A stretch of 64,000 bases of DNA from the human T2T-CHM13v2.0 reference genome, Homo sapiens, in NCBI RefSeq assembly GCF_009914755.1, contig NC_060927.1; one strand, written 5' to 3'. Made by a program: the position numbers and the translations under genes. Below are positions 54,191-64,000 of this stretch, one piece after another. The number at the start of each line of letters is the position of its first letter. Positions within the stretch are counted from its first letter, which is position 1. A model generated the notes under the pieces. It was not told the DNA's origin and ran no database searches. It saw only the letters and a list, made by a program, of their open reading frames with translations.

Positions 54191-57162
54191 ACGTGGTGAT
54201 GTGTCTATAGTGAATACCATCCCCTAGAATTCCCACCAACCTCTTCCCAATTTTTATATGAGCATACCACAGACCTTAAGGAGAACTATAGTCATATAGA
54301 ACTTTTGAGTATCTTCGAAGAATAGGCCATTGTAAGTGACAAAAAGTCATAATTATGTAGAATAAATAATAATACTGTCCTCTAGAATACCAAGTTGATT
54401 TTGCATATGAGGTCATGTTGAGACATACAGATTGAGCAATAACTTAAGAGAAACTTAAATGAGGCAGGTATTTTGCTATCTTAACAGCATGATTCAATTT
54501 ACTTCTAGTCCTATAATCGCCACCAATTACTCTGTATTGCTAAGAATAGAGAAAACAGATTGGTTCTGGAGTTAACCTACATCAGTTACAGTGTTGGTTG
54601 TGACAAAAAATAGCTAGGGTGCTAAGTAGGCATGGATAGATGTTTTTGATAGTCTATTCTAGTGCTTTCATATAGAAAATGAGTGGACAGGATTAAGAGG
54701 TTATTGAGAATGTTTTTTAGCCCTAGAATTCTCTGATTTTCTACAAAAAAAAAACTGTGCAAGGTAGACAAAAAGAACTTGAAAGACTGCTGTCAAGAAG
54801 AAGAGGTGAGGGAATAAAGAGAAGGAATTACAGGCTTCTTGAAGTTATGGGTACAAAAGTTAAAATGATTAAACAACAAATTTAAGATCTTGAAATACCT
54901 CTCTATTTTATTCATGTAGAGGATAAACAACAATGAATGGCATTATTAGAGGAGAGTTTGAAGAAGAACAAGAAAGGGAGCCAAGTAAAGGTGAAGTCTA
55001 AAATCTGAAACTGAAAAAAATAAATCTACAAACCGAGTAAGAAAAAGGAGAAAAAAATCACAGGCGTCTTAACATTTTGAAACGTCCTATCTTTTGAATC
55101 AACTGCTGCCAAAACAAATTGTTCTGAAACTTGTCCAAAATCTAACTTTTTTCCTTTTTCAGGACATCAGCAATTTATTTGTTTTTTTATCACAAGGACA
55201 AGAAAACAGTTTTTATCTGTTTTTACCATTTAGGAAAGCAGGAACTTGGTGCATCACTGGGGAGAAGGAATTAAAGGCTGGGGCTAAGACTTCTCTTCCT
55301 TGCAAGCAGTAGATCATGCCAGGAGCTCACAAACTCACCTATGGGCTGTGAAGAACTGTACCTAGTGCAGTAAGAAAGTATTATTAGTTTGGATTGAGTG
55401 AGAACAATAAGAAAGAAGTGCTTGAAACTATTAAATACAGGGCTTAATATGAAAGCAAATCAGTAGAGGGAATTGAAAGGGCCATTAAGTTAGCCAAATG
55501 GATGGCTGGAAGAAAAGTCATTTATAAATTTGGAAGGTTGAAGGGGTTTTTTAAATGTCCTTTAACAAAAATCAGATGCTGGTTAATCTCTTTTCATTTG
55601 GAAAAGGGAAGAAAAAACCCTCTAAATAAGATGGGCATTTTTTAGGCTCAGTATATTCCTGATATTAGGTGTGTGCTGTAGGTTAATTGAAATTTTAAAG
55701 TTAAAATGACCTTCTTCTAACTTTAAGTAGAAACTGTTTTTTCCTTAGTCAATTGTAAAAGGAGGATGTTTTACATACTGTTTCCAAGACTAAATTTACT
55801 GTACTATTTGTAATTTGTCTGAGAAAATTACTTCCTTAACCTCTTAATACTCCATCCTCTTTAATATTGCAAAAAGAGCTGACTGCTTTTTTCTCTGAAT
55901 TCACATTTCAGACAAAAATGCCAATTTGTCGTTTGGATTTTAGGAGGTTTTGGCAAGAGACATAGAGTGGTCCAACTTGTGAGTTTTTGAGGTTGTTTCA
56001 TTGAACTTGCCTTCAACAAACTTTAATTGAGTTCAACCTAGAAATACCAGTAGGTCCTAGCAAAAAAGATATAAGATACTGTGCGTGTTTTAAAGGAACC
56101 CATGATTAATTTGGGGAATCAGACAAAAAACATCAGACCATTATAATGTCAGAGGATGGATCGTGATAATAGAGATAAGCTTAGGGGGTTGTGTGTACAC
56201 CAGTAGATAGAGGGTGCATTAGCTGAAAAAAGTAGGCAACATCAGAGTGAGGCCTTAAAGAACACATAGTAGTTGAACTAAGAAATAAGGGTGGAAGGGT
56301 TCATTTAAGGGGGACAGAATTTACAAAGAGCCAAAAGTATCAAACAGTGTGTTAACATGTTTGTTAGGACAAGCTGGAGAAAATGAAAGACTTGTGATGG
56401 ATATGTGATGGAGATTTTGGCAGGAACAACATCATGGTCTGTATTCATGCCTTCTTGAGACCTGTAGCCTTTGGAATATGGGTTCTAGCATTTGATATCA
56501 ACCTAGTGCTGAAACCGGTCTTTCTGAGATTTCTAGTGGAGTAGAGAATTTATCTTAGAATGCCTAGAAACCAGAATGTCTACAGTATGGCAAAAGAGTC
56601 TAGGACTGATTTACTATTTGAATATATCTACTTAGGTTCAGCCTGCCTGATACCATTAGTAAACTTTACACAAAAGCCAACAGGTTCCTTAATTTATTAG
56701 GGCTAAAGAAAAAAACTGACAAAAGATACTGTTTGTTTTTCTCAACTGTTCTTTAGACATATTTCTTGATTTAAAGACACTTATTTTTGTATCTTGTTGC
56801 CTTTGATTATTATTGTTAAACTTTTTCTTGAAGTATAATTAGCATAGACTAAGATATGCAAGTCTTAAATGTACCACTCAATGGCATTTTATATATGTAT
56901 TCACCAAGGTAACCACTACACAAATCAAGACATAAAATATTTCTATCACACCAGATAGATTCTCAGGGTTCCATTTCCTGTCACTAATTCTACCATCCTC
57001 ATAGAGGTTACTGTTGACTTATCTTTCACTTTATATAAATATAATTATTTATTTATCATACAGTAAATACATTTTTTTCTATTCTTGCACTTCAAAGAAT
57101 TATGTATGCATGGAAATGTACAGTACCTGTGTTTGTGTGTGTGTTTGTGTGTATCTATGTGC

Positions 57163-57649
57163 ATAGTAGGGGAGTAAAGATTTTTTTCTCATCTATTGCT
57201 AGACTCATGGCTGAGACGCCTATAACAAAAGACAAATTAACAAGAGAAAAGCATACAAATCTATTTAATAAAAGTTTTATGTGACACACAAGCCTTTAGC
57301 GATGAAAACCAAAAGAAAAAGGGAAACCTGTATATTTTATGCTAAGTATGATAAAGAACTGGACAGTTGTGGAGAAGTATGATTGGACAAAGGGGGTATG
57401 ATCTAATGGTAATAAACTGGGAAAACATAGCAAGGTCTGTTTGTTCAGACTCTTCTCTCTATCCCTGTCTTTGGAGATAAGGGCAGTTGTGTCCTCCAGA
57501 TATAGAGAGGATCCTTCTTGAGTGAGAGTTGTATAACATGCTTCAGAGAAGAAGAACAGGAAAAGGCCAGAGAGTAACCTTCCTGCTTCTTCTGTTTCCT
57601 CAAATGACAAGGTACCATATTTTGGGGTAGCATATCCTGAACACCATCA
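57163..57649 (-). mobile_element. ERV1 LTR (MER34/MER39-family)
   Basis: The reverse begins tgatggtgttcaggatatgctaccccaaaatatgg; contains ataacaaaagacaaattaacaagagaaaagcatacaa. Confidence 0.75.
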
Positions 57650-57658
57650 GTGGGTGAT

Positions 57659-57660
<2 letters not shown>

Positions 57661-57699
<39 letters not shown>
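57661..57699. repeat. (GT)~19 microsatellite
   Basis: Read directly from the sequence. Confidence 0.95.
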
Positions 57700-57700
<1 letters not shown>

Positions 57701-59149
57701 AACTTCTTTCACCCAACATAATGTTTTGGAAATGGATCCTTACTGTTGCATATAATAGTAGTTCTTTTTATTGCTGTGTAATATTCCATTGTGCAAATAT
57801 ACCGTGATGTATTTATCCATTGATACATCATAAACATTTGTTTTATGAGGGCTCTGTAGATGTAATTTCTGATACTTTCTATTTTAAAGTGAAAGATTGT
57901 ATTAAGACACAAATATTCCTGTCTTTTTGAAGAAGATGTCTTACTGGGTAAATTCACATTTTTGCACAATTTTTTCAGCTAATGTACCATTTTGACAAAG
58001 TATCCTAGTGCTTTTTTCCATCTTCTTTAGGCCTCACTGCTATTGAGTCCCCTAGATGAGCTTTCAATACAGACATACAGTAAAGTCACAAAGAAAAATA
58101 ATATATATGGATAAAAGGCAGTGGAAAAGTTAGATAATGCAGAAAGATATAGCTATATAATGCAGCCAGTGTTAGAAATGAATTATTTTTGTTCTGACTT
58201 GTCACACAAATATACAGTTCATAAGGTTCTGATACTAATAATGATACTAGCAAGTTTTAAATTTAGATAAGAATCCTATTTGTACTTCTAACTATAAACT
58301 TAAGTGCCTTATGACCTATGTGTAGGCATGGCATTATATGTAAGCAGAGTTCAATTATTTGATGAAATCAATGAATATAGAAACTAACCTCTGACCAGTC
58401 CCAAAAAGTAGTGTAATTAATCATGTAAATTTCCTCCTAAGGAAATAGGTAGTTTTTTAGCTATTTCTGATCTCTCTGCTGTGTGTTTTTTTCCCTGTTC
58501 TTATACAACAAACCACAGTAGAACAAAATTTATCTTTTTCTATTTTATTTCATAGTTTAACACTCTTGGGTTTGTGGCAGTTTTATGTTTGTTTTTTTTT
58601 TCTCCTAGTCAAATACCAGTTTTCCTAAAGTCAATCACTCTGACACTGATATTTGGAGCACTAATTTATTCTAACCTCAGGGAATTTGCTTTTTAGGAAT
58701 AAAATGAGCATTAAAATTTCTGTCTGATGTTTTAAAAAAAGTTTTACAGAATTTATTCTACATAAGCCAAGTGAAGCATAGCATATTGGCACTTACTTTT
58801 AAGTACCATGGAATTCTAAAAAGTGTTCTTGTCTCAAATTGATTATTTCAACTATCGACATCATTCATGCAGATGCTTATGACTTATGCTATGGTTAGGT
58901 TACACCTGGCCTCCATATGTCAACATCAGTGTGAATGGCCTCTGGCAAATTAGTGTGTGATTCCAAGAAAAACCCCAGAATATTATGAACATCGTCAATG
59001 GTAAAATAAAAACAGGATTCCCTTGAAATTAGTTGGGTAAAAAATAAAAATGGAATATATGAAGTTTTTAATTATTTTTCCTTCATGAATAGAGTTGTTG
59101 GATACCTACATGGAGATATTTCCATAAAATGTTAATGATGACAATAGCA

Positions 59150-59342
59150 ATGATATTAGTAGTGAACTTCTAGTGGACGCTTATAATATGCCAGGTATAC
59201 AAAATACCATCTTGAAAGTAAGAACTACTTTATTGATATTTCATAGATTAAAAAATGAATACTTGGGTTAAACAATTTGCCCAAAGTTACATAAGAATAT
59301 ATCTGCTGAAATTTGGATTTCATTATAAGAGCTATCTGATCC
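59150..59342 (-). mobile_element. MIR
   Basis: cttataatatgccagg...ggttaaacaatttgcccaaagttaca...ggattt. Confidence 0.65.
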
Positions 59343-59349
59343 CCACCAC

Positions 59350-59742
59350 CTTTTTGTTTTTTTAAACTTTTATGTATGTATGTATCTTATTTCAGTAGTT
59401 TTTGGGGAACAGGTTTTTTTTTGTTGTTGTTACATGGATACGTTCTTTAGTGGTGATTTCTGAGATTCTGGTGTACCTGTCACCCCAACAGTGTACACTG
59501 TACCTAATGTGTATTCTTTTATCCCTTGCCCCTCACCCCTCTTCCCCCACCCCAGTCCCCAAAGTCCATTAAATCATTCCTATGTCTTTGTGTCCTCAAA
59601 GCTTAGCTCTCACTTATAAGTGAGAAAATATGATATTTGTTTTTCCATTCCTGAGTTGCTTCACTTAGAATAATGGTCTCCAACTCCATCCAGGTTGCTG
59701 ACGATGCCATTATTTCATTCCTTTTTATGGCTGAGTAGTATG
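59350..59742 (-). mobile_element. L1PB 3' end
   Basis: tttttggggaacagg...ttctttagtggtgatttctgagatt...cacttagaataatggtctccaactccatccaggttgctg. Confidence 0.88.
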
Positions 59743-62321
59743 CCACCTACCACTACTTTCTTTACTACTTTATACTCTATATAGGGAGTGGGAGATGTAC
59801 GAGTTGAAGCACAAAATTCGTTATCCTCTTTTGAAAATGAGCTAGGGGAAGTACTGAAAGTGGCGTATGGTCGTTAGAAATGTACCTTTTGTAATGGCAT
59901 CAGTGTCTCTGATTGACTTCCTTAGAAGCAGAGTCGAACTCAGGGATTCTGGGGCATACATTATTGAGGCATTGCTTATGGAACAAAGGAAACAAGTAAG
60001 CAAGAGTATGTTTGCCACTGGAGTCTCGCTTCCCCCTGAACACACGGTGATCTCTGGAGCATGAATTGTACAAGAGAATTGGTCACTGAAAGGCAAGAGG
60101 GATGGATATGTGTATTCCAGAGTCAGTCATTCATTAGCCACAGGCTGTCTCTAGGAATGAGTTATAAATAACTTTGGAGTCAGCTCCTGTTCAGCCAAAG
60201 GAGAGGGAGATAGTTGTGAATCATTAGCAGCCTATCCCACATAGTGCATCTTTTTTAGGAGTAAGAGGGGAAAGGCACAATAACTACTTTTACTTTGAAA
60301 GGTTAGTCTTGACATGTCCCAGGCTAGCAGCCCCTCTCCACCCCATAACACCAACAAAAACTAAAAACAAACTGTAACTGGCATAGTAGGATCCTAAATC
60401 TTTGTAATGTGTATTTCTCACCATCTGGTGCACATCTGTCTTACTAAGGCATCTGGAGAACTTGCTGCTTATCGTTCAACATGTCTGATTAATATGATAT
60501 CATCAATATAGTGGTTTCATCTGATTTTCTGCCAAATGGCCACAATGTTAAAATATACTGTAGCTTACATATACTGTTGTTCCTCTCATGTGAAAGCAAG
60601 CTGCTTCTTATACTCTTTTCTTTGAGATATTAGAAAAATACAAAAAACTAATTTGCCAAGTCAATGGCCACATAACGTGTCATGGTTTTGTTAATCTTCT
60701 CTATAAATATAATCACATTGTTACAGAAATATTTCTAAAACAATGTTAATGATTACAACAATGACAGTAGTGAACTTCTAGTGGGCACTTATAATATGCC
60801 AGGTATTATGAAATGTAATCTTGAAAGTAAGAACTACTTTAGAGCTATAATTTGATCTACTAGTTGGTTTACTTTGCCCACTATAATCTATCAAAATTAA
60901 GCTGTTTTTTATAAGGAGCAAGCTAGTAAGATCATGGATATGATGGATATTACCACCCTTGCTTTCTTTAAATCTTTACGGGTGGCACCAATTTCTCATG
61001 CCTTCCCTCAAAGGTGTAATATAGTTCATTCTAATTATATATTAGGACCCAAGGAAACCAGTACTGTGTGAATCCATGAACCACCTGTGAAACAAACCTG
61101 GACCAGGACTCCATTTATTTCCTGATCCAGAACTTCCATTCTCATGTGTGTTTTCAGGCAATGGTGGTCAGCATCATGATTTTCATCCCTGCGTATGAGC
61201 TTCAACTCAGGTGTATGAAAGATTCCTTGAAAAATCTAGTTACTCTCCTTAGTGTACAGTTTTCAAAGTTAATGTCATAGGTTCATTTAAGGAAGAAGTG
61301 GAGGAATCACTTCTCTATTTACTTATAATGTTGCAAGGTCCTACCTCACGGGGAACTTCAGTCAATGAATTCTGAATCTGGAAACTGGGCAAAGAATTCT
61401 GACTTTTCCCTGGACCTGCTGACCTCAGCCCAGTTCTATAACAGTATCTTCTGTTAGTCACAGCTTACAAAGAACAGCCTCTTATGGCCTTTTCAGTGAG
61501 TATGGATTCCCCATATGCCAGAGTAAAAGGTGTACCTACGGGTCCCCTCAAGTGACCTAGTTCGTCTCTGTGTTTTCCTTTCTCACATAATAGTCACATA
61601 CTAGCAAGTCTTTTTGTTTGTTGGTTTGTTTTACTCTGAGCATTGTTATTTCTTCCTTCACTTTCTGCTAAGGAATTCTGGCATCTCGACTTCATTTAAA
61701 GCCGTTGCTTTTTTTTCAAGTTCCCGGGAACCATCTCAACCCTGCATAGAGGGGCCCTCAGAATCCTTGACAAAGTGTTGAGTCATAGACAAATCTCCAA
61801 TATCAGCAAATTCTCTTGTATCCAGCTTTATAGTCTGGCCTCTTCTAACCTTGGCCCAGCACCTGTAGAATCTATTTTTAAACATACTCTCCTAGTTTCT
61901 TCCAGTATATATCAGCCAGGTCCTGCAGCTTTTCCAACGTGTAATTTATCTCCTCACTTAGCAGGCTAGCACTTTCTCAGTTGGGCCACACAGAGATTTA
62001 AACCCAGTGGATTTTTTCAGTCGCCAGGATGGGAGAAGAGACAGAGCCTCATTGCCTTGCAGACCACCTGCTTCCTTCTAAGCTTTTCCAGAATCTTCAA
62101 ACAAGAGCCCCTCAACTGTCTTCTAACATGAAGAGTGGGCCAGAGGTTTCAGGGGATTCTGGGTATTGAAAGTTCTCAAATATATTTACCGAGCTGTCAC
62201 CATGCTAAGTGAGGTGAGGGAGATGGTTACTTCCTTCGTTAGGTCTTGTTTTACCTAAAGGGAATTATTTTGTGAACAAAAATACAAAGAAATTTTGACC
62301 AAAGGACCAAAGATTCTCTAG

Positions 62322-62516
62322 AGCAAAGCTTCTCAAATGTTTGCATTTACTGAATCACTTGCTGGGTGAACTTACTAAAACACAGATTGCTGGGCCTCAA
62401 TCCAGAGTTTCTGATTTGGTATGTCTGGAGTAGGATAAAAGTCTTGCATTCAAGTTCCCAGGTGATGCTGATGCAGCTGGCTCAGCTCAGGGACCACACT
62501 TTGAGAACCTCTGCTT
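62322..62516. mobile_element. MER5A
   Basis: gcttctcaaa...cacagattgctgggcc...caagttcccaggtgatgctgatgcagctgg...gaccacactttgagaacc. Confidence 0.88.
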
Positions 62517-63469
62517 TGGAGAAAGGGGCAGTCCTGAGCCATTTAGCAGCCAACACACTCAGCAACTGAGGGATAGATATCCCAGCCTGGGAAAGGAGAC
62601 CAGCGGAGTACCAAACTGTCCAGCACAACCAGTGCCACATAAATCTAAATGGTGTTGACATAACCATTCTGGTCAAAGGTAATTCATTTCAGAACAGCAT
62701 GTCTATATGCATCTCTATATATTGAGTCTTTTAAATATTTGTAGTGTTAACAAAATTAATATGAATACTTTTATTCTTCCAATTGATGTACCAATTAAAA
62801 CATTGGGTATTTATGAGCTTCCTCCCAAATTTGTTAGTTTACAGTTTTTTTGTCTCTCTCTCGACAATGAAGAAATGCATGCCTACATCAGATCATGAGC
62901 GAGAAACAGCACCAAAGCCAGACCTGAATGTGTGTTTCATCGTAATGAGTAACTACTTAAGGAAGCATCCATAATAAAAATAAATCCAACTTGTCTAAGA
63001 AAATAAACTACCCCTTCTACACCTCCCCGCCCCCGGCCCCAAAGCATGAACACTACTTGATTCTTGGCAAAGTGAAAAGAGCTTTGAAATTAGATTTAAG
63101 TGACAACCACAGTAATTAAAGGTATCAACATCTGTTGAACAACAGTAGGCAAAAAAAAAAGAAAAAAAAACACATTATTTTGAGAGAAAAACAACACCCT
63201 AATTGTGGTTTTATACAAGGAGGCCTCTTTAAAGTTCAAATTATAATTATTGAATAGGTGTCTCACTTCTTCAGTGTTGGGCTAATTTTGTCTTGAGAAC
63301 ATCTTAGGTGGGACGGCAGGTGAGTTACTTTTATGTTCTTTTAAACTGCAGATGGTGATGCATTACATAGCAAGTGATTATAGCATTTTTTCTTTAAAGA
63401 GCTGAAAGTTAAAAGTGTTCTCAGGTGGTATTTGTTGTTAATGGCCATATCATTAGTTAATGGGGTTTA

Positions 63470-63878
<409 letters not shown>

Positions 63879-64000
63879 TTAAAGATACCTGTATTTTCTC
63901 CTCACTACACTTATCAAAATTATATTTAAATACTTACATAAATATTTGTTTAATATCTGTGTTCCCAGAATATAAGCTTTATGAGACTACAGATGGCATC

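Larger units (their letters stand above)
56820..57850 (-). mobile_element. L1M 3' end interrupted by an LTR and (GT)n
   Basis: gtaaccactacacaaatcaagacataaaatatttctatcacaccag | ... | ctttcacccaacataatgttttgg...gtaatattccattgtg. Confidence 0.7.

Overview
Primate (almost certainly human) genomic DNA from inside GRM7 (metabotropic glutamate receptor 7), transcribed on the + strand. Only two coding exons are present: 35665-35806 (142 nt; [48 protein letters not shown]) and 43477-43631 (155 nt; [51 protein letters not shown]). They encode part of the Venus-flytrap domain and are probably exons 3 and 4 (numbering from memory). The rest is AT-rich intron dense with L1, Alu, L2, MIR, LTR and MER DNA elements plus microsatellites, and nearly all ORF-track entries are repeat-derived or spurious. 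I found no prokaryote-style system (CRISPR, operon, intact mobile element) and no evidence for a wholly new biological system. The best leads are: (1) several local non-tandem templated duplications, two of them bracketed by short direct repeats; (2) a very young ACG-type L1Hs 3' fragment about 0.86 kb upstream of exon 4; (3) a phase-symmetric 297-nt two-exon cassette flanked by inverted Alus, a circRNA candidate with a stop-free frame; (4) recursive-splice-like Y(n)CAG|GTAAGA sites and candidate poison exons. Repeat subfamily names come from recalled consensus features, not from a database search.
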